Shown piece after piece: positions 12,024 to 24,338 of a stretch of DNA of 35,377 nt. Source of the stretch: Octopus sinensis (Eukaryota). How positions within the stretch are numbered: position 1 is the first letter of the stretch; each line of letters starts with the position of its first letter. The stretch lies in assembly GCF_006345805.1 (NCBI RefSeq), contig NW_021828100.1, positions 1 to 35,377 of the forward strand. Direction: 5' to 3'. The notes under the pieces are model-generated. The model made no database searches, was not told where the DNA came from, and saw nothing but the letters and a program-made list of their open reading frames with translations. Both the position numbers and the translations under genes were made by a program.

Positions 12024-12182
12024 TAGAAAAACAGCTAATAACTGATGAAGGGTCGTTATTTATGCTGTTTGTCTTGTTTTCCATTTGTGTCTTTCGTTGT
12101 TCAAAAAAATACTTCATATTCTATGTACTCGTACTTCGTAATTTTTTGTTGTACACGTTCGTGACGTCCTGTGCCCACATAT
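12024..12182 (+). repeat. 159-bp dispersed repeat, copy 1 (copy 2 at 14741-14899)
   Basis: Near-identical with few substitutions; diverged relative at about 12340-12480. Confidence 0.9.
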
Positions 12183-12219
12183 ACATAATATATATATATT
12201 ATATATATATATATTATAT

Positions 12220-12264
<45 letters not shown>

Positions 12265-12573
12265 CAAACTTACTTGGAGGAGATGAAACGAAACGAAAAC
12301 GAATCGAAAACCTTCGGAACACGCTGGAGTTGAACTAGGGATAGCTGATGAAGGGGATTTTCCCTTGTGTAGTTTGTCTTGTACTCTGTTTTTTTCGTTT
12401 AGGTCCGTTTCCACGTTTGTTTTTACGTTTTCGTTTCTCGTTGAGTTCTACGTCTATTTGTGGTGTCCTGTACTCACGTATATATATTTTATATATATGC
12501 ATCTATATATTCTGAGATGTAGGTACGTACATATATGTATGTATGTATGCATATATTTTATTTATTACACACT

Positions 12574-12624
<51 letters not shown>

Positions 12625-13030
12625 ATTATGTACATATACATATGTATATATGCATATATATATATATATATATATATATAGTCACAATGAGAATATATAA
12701 ACCTCTAATAGGGATATTTATCCTAGATACACTGGTTTCATATTTTAAATATTGAAGTGATAATTCTTCACTGAATATATTATACAGAATATTGTAAGAT
12801 ATCAAGCATTTTTTGATCGAGTTAGAAGACAGAGAGATATAATGGAAACAAGTCAATTTATTAATTAATCAACATATTCACCAACAATTGTTTTATTTCA
12901 CAAACAAAACTAAAATTATAAAACATACATAAATATATAATTTTACATTTTAAATACGTTGTACGAAAAATCATCAGGGTGTGCAGAGGATATATATGTC
13001 TTCCCTTCTCGGGATCTTTCCTTCTCCTTT

Positions 13031-13065
13031 GTTTCCGACGAAGAGCTCCGCTCGAAACGTTAAAC
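13031..13065 (+). ncRNA. Minimal type I hammerhead ribozyme motif (U4C variant)
   Basis: GUUU-CCGACGA-A-GAGC-UCC-GCUC-GAAAC-GUU-AAAC: perfect stems I and II, palindromic helix III. Confidence 0.7.
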
Positions 13066-13192
13066 CCTCCTTCCCTTCTTTCCTGAGCGTCAAATATACT
13101 TTAATTGTTCCACGTCCTCGCGTTGCACTGTTTTTTCTTGTTTGGATTAACTTTATATATATATATATATATTATATATATAAATATATATC

Positions 13193-13224
<32 letters not shown>

Positions 13225-13289
13225 ATATATCTATACATATTCAAGAATATAAATATAGACATGCGTATAAATTATACATGTATATATGC

Positions 13290-13326
<37 letters not shown>

Positions 13327-13467
13327 ATATATATTATATATATATATATATATATTAGTAATAATAATAATGATAAAATGACAAAAAAGAATGATGAGAC
13401 CTCGATATGACAATCAGTAAGTTCATTATTTACATTTGACGGATATTTGTCCTCATCTTTCTTGTTA

Positions 13468-13511
13468 ACATAACGTTTCGGTTGATATACTCTCCAGCCT
13501 TCATCAGGTGT
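13468..13511 (-). ncRNA. Minimal type I hammerhead ribozyme motif
   Basis: ACAC-CUGAUGA-A-GGCUG...CAACC-GAAAC-GUU-AUGU: intact core, one mismatch each in stems I and II, palindromic ACGU helix III. Confidence 0.7.
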
Positions 13512-13634
13512 CTTGGGGAAATTTCGAACCTGGGTACTCATTCCTAAGGTATTTTTCGATGTTGTTGTTATTATTATTATTATTATTATCATTATTATTA
13601 TTAATGATAATAACAATAAAAATATTATTATTTA

Positions 13635-13707
13635 GGTTACTGCCTGGTATCGAACTCGGAATCTTGGGGTTAGTAACCCACGAACTTAACCACTACGCCA
13701 TATGCCC
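13635..13707 (-). other. tRNA-like (Pol III A/B box) segment inside the PLE remnant
   Basis: A box TGGCGTAGTGG and B box GAGTTCGATAC; acceptor stem does not close, so not a functional tRNA. Confidence 0.6.
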
Positions 13708-14740
13708 GTTGGCAGTTGATGAGTGAATTTTAGGGATTATAAATCTAATATTTTCTTATCCTTCCTTAATACCGGTTCCCATATGCTGTTCATATCTGCA
13801 CTCGGTCTGCTTCGGAGGCTGTTGTGTCCTAGCATATGCGCTGCTTCTTTTAGTTTTCGTATTTTCCAGTGGTGCTCTCTATTATTTTAACTTCATCCGG
13901 AGGGCGATGTGGTCTCCATTTTTCCATACATGATCAGCTATACCCGATATATCAATATCTCCCCGTGTCAATATCTCCCCTGGAAGGGATTTTTACATCT
14001 ACTCCATATAGCTAATATATTATTTTTAAACATCCAAGGGAAATAACCCATTCGCTCCTGAGAGGGATCCTTATATATAGCCAAGGGAAATAACCCATTC
14101 GTGTTCGTAAATTATTTCGTTTAAATCAAACTGAGTATGCTTATTGCTTAGTATTTGAACTGTTAGAGTTATTTTCGCAATTTATCCAGTACAACGCTTA
14201 AATAAGTAAATAGTATTTTCCTAAACAATAGATCTAATATAGATTGCCGGGCTAGTCATAAACCTTCACGGTAGTTCAAATATTTGGTGAAAAAAATACC
14301 ACCATAGCAACTTAACCTTTCTAAAGGACAAGTGTGTTTGCTAGTTCAAAATATATAGCGGACGAAATAAACAAGGAATCGATTTGAAACGCAAGTCTTT
14401 ATGTCAAAATAAGAGTACCCGGAATTAAATCAATTGAGTAGTAAAGTAATCGATCCAAGAGTATTTTTTATCGTGATAGAACATATGTGTGCTCAACACA
14501 TAACATCGTATCGAACGCGATGTTATCTGAGGTGTATCGCCACAAAGCGCTCGATAATTAACAGACTATTTTGCGCTTACTTTTCTTTTTCTTTTTTTAC
14601 ATGGTCAGGCTTTAGTTCTGCAAATCAAATTTGTGACTTGCCTTGACAACCTTGCTCAACAAATACACGATAATCATAACTCGATAGCATCCTCGAAAGA
14701 CCAAAGCGTATTTTTTTGTTAAATGCTCGAAATACGAGAG

Positions 14741-14899
14741 TAGAAAAACAGCTAATAACTGATGAAGGGTCATTCTTTACGTTGTTTGTCTTGTTTTCCA
14801 TTTGTGTCTTTCGTTGCTCAAAAAAATACTTCATATTCTATGTACTCGTACTTCGTAATTTTTTGTTGTACACGTTCGTGACGTCCTGTGCCCACATAT
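14741..14899 (+). repeat. 159-bp dispersed repeat, copy 2
   Basis: Matches 12024-12182. Confidence 0.9.
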
Positions 14900-15059
14900 G
14901 CTATATATATATATATGCATATGTGTAGAATGAAATAAAACGTTCTGTTCAATCTGCGTTCAGCTCCATTTCTTCAATTCACCATAATGTTTTTATATAT
15001 TATATAGATATAATATATATATATATTATATATATATATATATAATAAGAGATATATTA

Positions 15060-15090
<31 letters not shown>

Positions 15091-15778
15091 ATAGATGTAA
15101 GTATGTACATATACATATGCATATATATTATAATATATTATATATATAGCACAATAAGAATATATAAACCTCTAATATATATATAATATATATATATAAT
15201 ATATAGATATATATATATAATATATTGATTGAGTGCTGTTTCAAACGAATGGAACTAAGAATCGGGGACGTTTCAAACGAATGGAACTAGGAATAGAACA
15301 CACGCACACACACAGTCATGTGTTAGTACACCGGACTGTATTCTTCTACGCGAAGGGTTCGTGCAGTTGATATTAGTTAACTGTACACATCGTTGAATTT
15401 ACACACTCTAATACAGGTACGTATTGAGCCATATGGGACAGAAACGCATTCTAACAAACACTTTATAAATATACTGTAATTTTAAGCGTATGGGGATCTC
15501 TGTGCGGTGGGGGAGAGGGGCGTGTATCTATCTATATATTTGTCTATTTATCTATGTACATCTATATACAACGCCACACACACACTCATTCTCAATAAAT
15601 GCACGAAAACCGTTTTAAGGGCTACATGCATTGTTTTGTTGTTATTGGATTAGCGAAACAATTACGAGAACGGAACCAAGGAATAAACCCCGCTTTCCCT
15701 GGAATTACATGCATATACATAGGCGTCCGCATACGCACACACACACACACACACACACATACAGACGCGTTCACCCAC

Positions 15779-16000
15779 AGTGGAGGTGCGTGGCTTAGTG
15801 GTTAGGGGTACTGGACTCATGATCGTAAGATTAGGGTTTCAGTTCCTGGACCGGGCAACGAGTTCCAGTTCACTCAGCTGGCAAAAAGGAGTAATCCTAT
15901 GATGGACCGGTGTCCCGCTCGGGTGGGGAATTTATGCGCCATGGCACCCGGGAAAGCGGCACTTATGAGTCGGCATGACGCACTAAGGCAACTTCACCTT
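15779..16000 (+). mobile_element. SINE family D (internally deleted)
   Basis: Matches 20693-20960. Confidence 0.8.
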
Positions 16001-16426
16001 TGCCATGCATACACACAGACCCTCATCCACATACACACATATACACAGGCTTATGCGAATACACGCACACACAGACCCTCCCACATACAGACCCTTAGTA
16101 CTACAGCACTAAGTATTTTTCCTTCCGTTGGTTATAACGACGTTCCTGCACTGATTCATTGCGCGTTACCGAGGGGAATTCCAACGTATTGCCAATTCCT
16201 CAAGCGAGAATAGGCTGCATAATGAATAAACGGACACTCAAACTATTGTTACTGCGAAAATTAGGGACACACGTTTGGCTAAATTTTGACCGGGATCAGT
16301 AGAGGAAAACAGACTGAAGGTCGAGAAAGAAGGGCTAGCAAATGCGCACATACACAAAAAAATATATATGTGCCTTCTCTCATCCTCCTTCAGGGTTTTT
16401 GCTCTACTGACTTTTTAATCTAACCC

Positions 16427-16530
16427 AGTGTTTCTCAACCGGGGTCCATATAAGATTTTTGGGGGGTCCACGAAAGAAAATGAATTGGGGATCCACAATA
16501 ATATTTTAAGGGTCCCTGAAATTATTTACA
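16427..16530 (+). mobile_element. hAT-like transposon end fragment
   Basis: CAGTGTTTCTCAACC terminus with repeated GGGGTCC subterminal motifs. Confidence 0.5.
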
Positions 16531-17142
16531 TGTTTGTTCGACCGTTTCACATGATTTTATTCATTAAAACTTAAAACTTCAGAAGTTCTTACAACTTTGG
16601 TCATCGTAATGCTTTGTTATCGTGTGTTCAGTAAAAATTCCTCTTTCTAATGATTTTGCTTTCACTTTGTGATAGACAGCTATCATGCAGAAAATACCTG
16701 CTTCCAAATCCTGTTTTGCGATTAGGTAAAATTGATTAAACTTTAAACCCCAGTAACATTTTACTGCAATTTTTCTGGAACAAATAAATAACAAAATCTG
16801 ATTTGACGTAAAAAATTATTTCAAAATACCAAATTAAAAAGTTTTGACGTAATTTTAAAATTTCACAATGTGACAGCAACAGGGAAGACCCTCAAAATTT
16901 ATAATAATCAACCACCAATCAGTTGTTTCACTGTCGCACATCGTCAATTCTCTGATCCTTCCAACGATCCACCAATTCGACTTACCATTACAATCAATCA
17001 ATTTTATGATTCAACTGTATTACTTGCCAGTATTTGTAAATCTATCACACGTCCCCCGGTATTTGTAAGTTTGTTTATAATTTAAACAGAAACTGAGCAG
17101 GGAACGGGATAGGACATGAAACTCGACATATATATATCTATC

Positions 17143-17204
<62 letters not shown>

Positions 17205-18220
17205 CACACACACATATTCTATAATTATAAACATAATTATAATTAGGAGTCAGCTAATTGCTTCACCACATACCGAATTTAGAAATAGAAGTTAAAAATT
17301 CCTTTTCTACTACTCTAAGAATCTCCATGACAGTAACACACTTTTTTACGCAGTGCAAAGAGAAAAACAATGAATCAGCACGTAATTTTTAATCACTTTT
17401 ATCTCGAAATGCGCATGTAGTTAATCCTGGTCGTATTGAATTCATTATTTTTCTCTTTGCCTATGTGGCTGTACGACACGATATAAGGACACAGATCGTG
17501 TCGTATCGCCAGCTGGAGACGATGGAGGCGATTACAGCAACATTAGTCCTAAACCAGGACTGCCGTGTTATGTTGGCAAACAATCTTTACTACAACTCCT
17601 ACATATACATACACACTTAATCTTACACACATGCATGTTTGCACAGTTTTTTTAATCTGCACAAATTTTATGTAAATGTGTCACATTCTATAAAATGAAT
17701 ATACCTGAATTGTGAAAAGCTGTATATACACTCAGAATTAATAACAATATTACTATAAACTTTTCTGAGAAATATATTTCACTAACACAGTATTAACAAA
17801 CAATATTCAGCAATAATATAAAACAGAGGATATTGGAGAACCGTGGAGAAAAGATATTTTTTAAGTCTTTAAAACCGTTAAACTTTCCTTTCCCCACACA
17901 TTGCACACTATCGACACTCAATTTATTAGTTTAACTCATCGGCAATACTTTTCAACATTTTCAGAAATACTGTTGATTGTCAGCAAATGCTGTAAATTTT
18001 TTCTGCTTCTAAAATAAACAACTATTTATAACATTGGCCACCTTTGGCTTTTAGATATATATATCTGCAGGACTAAAAATGAAATTATAACAAATCTGGG
18101 AAAATATGAAAATAGATAAGGGTATCTCCAATAAGCGAAATAAATATGAAAATACTTAGAAGTAACTATTGAAACGTCATTAAATGGAAATATATTACTT
18201 TAAGAATGTCTTCGGTTAAA

Positions 18221-18469
18221 TATTGGGTTGGTGTATAATTATTGCGGGTTTTTTTTTTCTCAACAAATTTTATTCAACAAAAAAACACCATGTAACAAAA
18301 ACATTTTAAAATGATTTCTCCGGAGCATATTCACCATCTACTTCAATTACTGCTTCCCATTTGCTTGACAGACGGTCAGACCGTCATTTAAAGATGTTTT
18401 TGTTAAATATTGCTTTTGTTGAATAACATTTGTTGAAAAAAAAGCCGCAATAATTGTGCACCAACCCAA
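18221..18469 (-). mobile_element. Internally deleted mariner element
   Basis: TIRs TTGGGTTGGTG.A.AATTATTGCGG (Hsmar1/MADE1-like); internal RLSSKWEAVIEVDGEY resembles the mariner transposase C-terminus. Confidence 0.85.
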
Positions 18470-18559
18470 AATTTTCGAATATATTTTTATAACTTCTTTG
18501 AAATGCCGCTTGTTTTATTATCAACAGACAGTGAGCTGCATGTATAGTTATTGCACCCG

Positions 18560-18722
18560 ATAAAATCCTTAGCGGCATTTTCTCCGTCTTTATGTTCTGA
18601 GTTCAAATTCCGCCGAAGTCGACGTTGCATTTCATTGTTTCGTGGTTGAACACCTGGGTAGAAGTAATCAACTAACCTCCACCTGCAAAAATTTCAGGCA
18701 TTTTGCCTATAGGAGAAGGGAC
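18560..18722 (+). mobile_element. Diverged SINE family A copy
   Basis: GTTCTGAGTTCAAATTCCGCCGAAGTCGAC and AAATTTCAGGC tail. Confidence 0.7.
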
Positions 18723-18954
18723 TATTATTGTTTAGGGGTTGGTTTATTTTTCTGACATTCCTTACTATTAAGATTAAGACAACCAATTTGTAACGGGTTT
18801 TTATAGAAGTCTAGGAGTATTATTATTGTTTTACTTGTAGACCTTTCCAAGTTACTTTAACAACAGCTAGAACAAAAGTGTTACTATTAAAAAAAGTTAA
18901 TATATCTATCTGTCTATCTATCTAGGTCGTCCCTATCTAGGTCAACGGCCAATT

Positions 18955-19300
18955 CAACAAGTACCTTGTCGCGATGGAGTGCCTGCGTGCTCCATTGACG
19001 CAGAGAGCTATGCTTGAGGGAGAGAAATCTTCAGGCTGATCTTACGAGGTCAGACAGGTCGAAGGGTAGGAGACAGACAAAACCTTAAGGATCAGAGGAG
19101 TAAACCTCAATGACAATAAATCGAATCGTCGGTAGCAAGGTGTGGATTTAGTTATCGGTAGGACCTAACAGATCAGATTCGTGACTCTGAGTTAAAAGGC
19201 TGTCATGCAGAAGATCTTGAATACAAGACAATGGATGAGGGAAACTGCGGGACCACATGGAGCAGCGCCCTGGGATTCCTATAGTATGCGCAACCGAAAC
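18955..19300 (+). mobile_element. Probable RTE-clade LINE 5' UTR remnant
   Basis: CCTTGTCGCGATGG..TGCGTGCTCCATTGA..GAGCTATGC..CAGACAGGTCGAAGGGTAGG resembles RTE 5' ends (from recall). Confidence 0.5.
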
Positions 19301-20019
19301 CCCTAAAAAACGTTAAATATTTTTATAAATAAATAAAAATACTAACGGGTCATAAAACAGGTTATTCAATAAGTGACTTTTAAGCATTTACATATTTGTT
19401 CTGCTTACTCGATGTACCCATGTCTATTTTCGTTGACGTTATAATAATTTAGAAACTTCGAGAGAGCGTGAAATAATTTTTGGAACGGTAAAACTTGAAG
19501 TACATACAACTATAAATAATAGCGAGTAAATATTGTATTTGAGAAATCCTTTGGATTGAAAAACATCGAAGGCTGTTCATGGGACTCGAAACCACATCTG
19601 TAGACATGATAGACGTTCTATTATTGGACAAAAATCACTCCTCTGAATTTCACTATTCATTTTCGAAGCTTTATTCTTACCACCGAGAATGGTATGTTGT
19701 TGACATAATAAGAATTTAGAACCTTCGAGAGAAAGTAAAATAATTGGGTTTTTTTTTTTTTTTTGGAACGGTGAAACTCGAAACAGAGTTTTACATTTTG
19801 TCCCGCAGTTATATGTAGCTAAAACCAAAGATCGCCTTAATATTTATTACAGTACACACATACACGAAATAATATTTACAGTGTATCATTTAAGATTTTT
19901 TAAAATACGTGTCTGAAGTATATAAATATATAATATTCAACAAAGGCTGTGCACTCCGGAATGCTACTTTTTTGTTCTGTTTTGTTATATGTACATACAT
20001 TATATATATATATTATATA

Positions 20020-20052
<33 letters not shown>

Positions 20053-20085
20053 ATATGATGTTTAGTTTTGTGATGTGTTCAATTC

Positions 20086-20519
20086 GGGAACCTTTTCGGT
20101 TTGAACGGCAGTTTTTCTAGCAGTATCATATGAAATTGTCACCCATAAATATGACCCTAGTATCGATCTATTGCATTTCAATCTGTTTTAGGGTTAGGGT
20201 TAGTTAGGGTTAGGGTTAGGCTTAGGGGGGAGGGTATTTTTTTTCTTCACAAATGTAAATAAACCCAATCTGTTTCTTAAACGAGGGACATATTCATACG
20301 ACACAGAATGTTTTCACCTCCAATACACGTCAGTGATTGGTTGAAATTGCAGAAATTGAAGAAAAAAAACAACAAATATCTTACAAACTATAGAATTTTC
20401 TCAATAAAGCCAAGAGAAAAAGATGTTTTATAAACACATTCTACCAGTATACGAAGTTTAAAATTTTTTAGTTACCTAGAAATTATGTTAAAAACTGCCG
20501 TTCAAACCGAAAAGATCCC
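20086..20519. mobile_element. Related MITE carrying internal (TTAGGG)n
   Basis: TIR CTTTTCGGTTTGAACGGCAGTTTTT / AAAAACTGCCGTTCAAACCGAAAAG; right half homologous to 3295-3492 and 33750-33961. Confidence 0.85.
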
Positions 20520-20692
20520 AATTAGGTGTCTGCGTATGTTTGACGTGTGCAACTTAGTAAAAATGTTGATACAATAAAAATATATAAAGATGGTATAAAA
20601 ATTAGTGGATTATAAAAAATGAGTGTTAAACATTAAATAAGAGGTGGGCTGTTTTCATCCACGCTATTTCCCTATCGTTTCTAACACACACA

Positions 20693-20960
20693 GTGGAGGC
20701 GCGTGGCTTAGTGGTTGGGGTGTCAGCACCATGAACGTAAGATTGTGGTTTCAATTCCTGGACCGGGCGACGCGACGCGTTGTGTTCTTGAGCTAAACAC
20801 TTCATTTCACGTTGCTCCAGTCAACTCAGCTGGCAAAAAATTAGTAACGCTGCGATGGACTGGCGTCCCGTCCAGCTGGGGAACACATACGCCATAGAAA
20901 CCGGGAAACTGGGCCCATGAGCCTGGTTAGGTTTTAAAAGGGCGCATTTATTTTTATTAT
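20693..20960 (+). mobile_element. tRNA-derived SINE family D
   Basis: GTGGAGGCGCGTGGCTTAGTGGTT head; GCGATGGACTGGCGTCCCGTCCAG domain shared with 4600-4910 and 15779-16000. Confidence 0.85.
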
Positions 20961-21092
20961 TGTAACACACACACTCACATGTACACACGCACGCACGCAC
21001 GCACACTCTCTCTATCTCCCTCTTTCTCTTTCTCTCACACACACACGCATATAATTTAAATAAGTTTCAAAGCGTTATCGCAGCCATTTTGA

Positions 21093-21808
21093 TTATCTAA
21101 TATTTTTTTTCACTTCAGTAATAACACTTTGCTGAGTTGGTTGCGGTGATAGTGTCACGTTGGTGGTGTTGTTGTTGCTATGATTTCGACTATTACTGCT
21201 GCTACTAATACCACTAAAGAGACTATGAGTGGTTCTAGAAGAAACTTTCGAGTCGACATCTTTTTCGACATCTTTTCGAAAGACGTTTTCCTCTTCAAGC
21301 TTTTCGACAGAATCACTCTGTCCACAAAGATTGAAACTCGTACCAGAAGATCGACTTAACGATCTAACTACATCCTTATCACCGACGAAATTCGCTGTCT
21401 CTAACTCACTTTCCGTCGCTTCTGCGGCGGCACTCTCAGCTACATCGCAATAATCCTTTTTAGACGTATCATCTTTCGACAAACATTTAATTTGGTCTGA
21501 GGTGCTTTTCTGGTTCTGCTCACTTTTCATATATTCGTTTATTAAAGACAACACTTTTTCGTCGTTTTCATCACTTTGACTGTCGCACCGTCTGCTTTTC
21601 CACAAACGAATGCTCCTCTCGAGAAGTTCGGCATAAGATTTATCATTTTTGAACAGCCATTCCTGACTAGAATCCATACTGTAGGTTTTTTCGCACACAA
21701 TCGCTACTGAATGAGGTCTGTGACGTAATGGAACTTTCGATAAATCCATGCCCCAGTTCTGTTGGGGTTCCTTATTGTGGTTTCCATTCGTCAAATGTAC
21801 ACTGGCAT
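21093..21808 (-). CDS. LURAP-domain protein, last coding exon (Ser/acidic low-complexity C-terminus)
   Basis: Acceptor TTCTGCAG; phase 1 matches exon 2 (G+AT = Asp); open to TAA at 21093; non-repetitive protein-like sequence incl. SYAELLERSIRLWK. The three exons sum to 1158 nt (in frame). Confidence 0.8.
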
Positions 21809-21876
21809 CTGCAGAACAAATAAAATAATTAAATAACAAAGAAACGAAAAGCAAAATGTAAAACCAATATTTTTAG

Positions 21877-22015
21877 TCTGTGTGGTTAAGAATCTCAGTT
21901 GGCAATCACTTAGTTTCGAGTTCAGTCCCACTGTGTCTTCTGCAACGACCCCGAACTGACCAGTGGTTTGTGAGTGAATTTGGTAGACAGAATGTGGATG
22001 CCCGTTGTATATACA

Positions 22016-22058
<43 letters not shown>
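21877..22058 (+). mobile_element. Degenerate SINE family B head
   Basis: GAGTTCAGTCCCACTG, TTGTGAGTGAATTTGGTAGAC landmarks. Confidence 0.65.
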
Positions 22059-22064
<6 letters not shown>

Positions 22065-22479
22065 AATACAATCTAGAATCGAATCTGCATTGCTAAAATG
22101 TTGCAAGAATAAAAAATTCTTCACATTTATGCAGCGACGCTCAACGGAAACATGATGAAACTCCAACACGGTCGTTCTTTCAAGACCTGCAATAAATAAC
22201 AGCCAAATTTCTTTGAATGTACACCACCAGGGCCCGATTTAGACTTAGTGGAGCCCCGGGGTCAATACGTTTTGGGGGCCGCAACGATTTTGCAAATTAA
22301 AAAACATAAAAGATAAAGAGGATCACATTAAATCTAGCGGCTCGAAACAGTTAGAAAAGTACCCCACTCCTCAAACGTCTCGGTAGATTCAAAGGGACTC
22401 AGTTAAATTTAATGGGTTTTTATATGTAAAAGGGCTCAATGGATCAAAAGAGGGATCAATAGTTTTAAAAGAATTCTTG

Positions 22480-22898
22480 TGGCTGCGCACTAAGAAACTT
22501 GCTTCCCAACCACATGGTTCCAGGTTCAGTCCCACTGCGTGGCTCCTGAGGCAGGAGTATTCTGTTATAGCTTCTGGCCAACCAAAGTTTTGTGAGTAGA
22601 TTTAGTAAATGGAAACTGAAAGAAGCCCGTAGTATATGTGTGTGTATATGCGTGTGCGCGCGTGTGTGTGTGCGTGTATCTATGTGTGTTGTGTCTCTGT
22701 CTGCGTTTGTCCCCCTACCACCGGTCGACAACCGATGCTGGTGTGTTTACTTCCCCGTAACTTACTGGTTCGATAAAATGACTGATAGAACAAGTACCAG
22801 ACAAGCACAGGGGCTGGTACATTCGTCCAAAAGTTCTTCAAGACGGTGCCCCAGCATGGCCTATATATAATGACTGAAAGAAGTAAGAAGCAAAAGAT
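22480..22898 (+). mobile_element. SINE family B (intronic)
   Basis: Head, microsatellite and tail all recognisable. Confidence 0.8.
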
Positions 22899-23254
22899 AC
22901 AGTAAAAAAAAATACAATTTATCTATTTGATTCCTATACATATGTTTCTATTTCTGAATTAAAGGGGCCCCCCAGTGCCTGAAGTCCCATAAGCCATGGC
23001 TCATAGTGGGCCATATAACATAATTCTAGTGTTTGAAGAAATACGGTATGATCATGACTAGGGCACTATTTCCTATAGATTTTCCCCCTCAGACTTGACC
23101 TGGGGTTATACTACAACTATAATATCAGAAATATATATTCACTGTTTCCAATAGGTTTTTCTCCCCTTCGGAACTGATGTATAAACTGCTGCGTTATGTG
23201 TTTGTATGTATGTATGTAACACGTGTATTACATGCATACGTGTCACATACTGCA

Positions 23255-23760
23255 AGCTTACATTGCTCCGGTTCACTCAAATGGTAAAAATGAGTTTTAG
23301 CTGTATTTGAAATGGCCACCCTTGTTGCATTCTGTGTCATGCTGAATTTTCCCAAGAACTACGATAACTTCTTAACATACACATTTTTCTCCATTTCCAT
23401 GCAAAAAATATTTTATTATTATTATTATTTCGAATCTGTATATATGAAAGAATAAGCACACAAATTATTTTGGATCAATTATGAATTATTATGAAGTTAC
23501 TGATAGAAAATTGGGATAACATCATGAACGAAATATTTGGGGTTAGAAAACAGTGACAGCTACCTCAGAGTAAAGTGAATATATGTTTTCGTTCAAATAT
23601 ATATTTACTAGATATCTCTGAACAAAAATATACGGGATAATATGTTAAGCGGTTAAAGGTACGCGTGTCTGTGGATTGCTCAGCGTTACTTTCACGAGCT
23701 GACTGTTCCAGTGTTTAAATCAACTAGAACCCTCGTCGATGTAAGCGACAGGATGCCTGT
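23255..23760 (+). mobile_element. SINE body split by a TTAA-flanked MITE (23364-23656)
   Basis: SINE-like sequence ...GAACTACG resumes as TTAAAGGTACGCGTGTCTGTGG; insert has short degenerate TIRs CTTAACATA / TATGTTAAG and ATAA/TTAA flanks (piggyBac-like). Confidence 0.5.
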
Positions 23761-23871
23761 TTTTTTTTTAACACGTGTGTTTGAAAAACTTAACAGTGAA
23801 AGTTCGTGTCATGTTGTTCTTTTAACATTTTTATATTACTAATATTATTGGTAATTTTGTTTTAAGAAATC

Positions 23872-24228
23872 TTCTGTTGTGTCTGGAGAGAGTCATTTTC
23901 TTTTTGTGCCTTATAATGTAACACACTCACCGGTAAAATTTCCACTTATTTCTTAATTTTGTTTTCCTAAAATTTCGTTGCGTCTTGCAACCTTTTCAAT
24001 AGTCTTGACTCTCGACAATAGTCTTGACAGAGTCAAGACTATTGAAAAGGTTGCAAGACGTAACGAAAATTTTAGGAAAATAAAAATAAGAAATAAGTGG
24101 AAATTTTACCGGTGAGTGTGTTACATTATAAGGCACAAAAAGAAAATGACTCTCCCTAGACACAACAGAATATGCTTCAACATACGAACTCATATAAAGA
24201 ATCTTGCAAACCAAATCCAAAAACGAAA
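23872..24228. mobile_element. Palindrome-plus-tail element, copy 2 (intron of the gene)
   Basis: About 140-bp arms, short spacer, about 58-bp unpaired tail; flanking direct repeat TGTTTTAAGAAA (23858-23869, 24229-24240). Confidence 0.85.
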
Positions 24229-24338
24229 TGTTTTAAGAAAATTTTTCTTGAAAGTTATGATGAGGTCTACTCAATACAAAGCATGACCATTTGGGTGTAC
24301 ACGATGGTTAACAGCTACAATATAGAAAATATACTCAC

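Larger units (their letters stand above)
13385..13975 (-). mobile_element. 3' remnant of a Penelope-like element: GIY-YIG endonuclease C-terminus plus pseudo-LTR
   Basis: Minus strand ~13965-13740 reads (with frameshifts) SGIADHVWKNGDH...EVKII..EHHWKIRKLKEAAHM...IWEPVLR, typical of the PLE endonuclease tail; followed by (AAT)n and a hammerhead motif. Confidence 0.8.

Noticed and set aside
12040-12370. CTGATGA plus hairpin as hammerheads (also 14759, and 12981-12987 minus)
   Set aside because: No GAAA and NUH in a compatible position.
13635-13707. Functional tRNA gene (also SINE heads)
   Set aside because: No closed cloverleaf; tRNA-derived repeat sequence.
14035-14101. Two copies of CCAAGGGAAATAACCCATTCG with a spacer
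   Set aside because: Two units only; AAGGGAAATAAC also occurs in the Helitron-like element at 25437.
15238-15295. Two copies of GTTTCAAACGAATGGAACTA, CRISPR-repeat-like start
   Set aside because: Only two units, tiny spacer, no cas genes, eukaryotic context.
20188-20228. True telomere or chromosome fusion scar
   Set aside because: Short, degenerate, single orientation and internal to a MITE.
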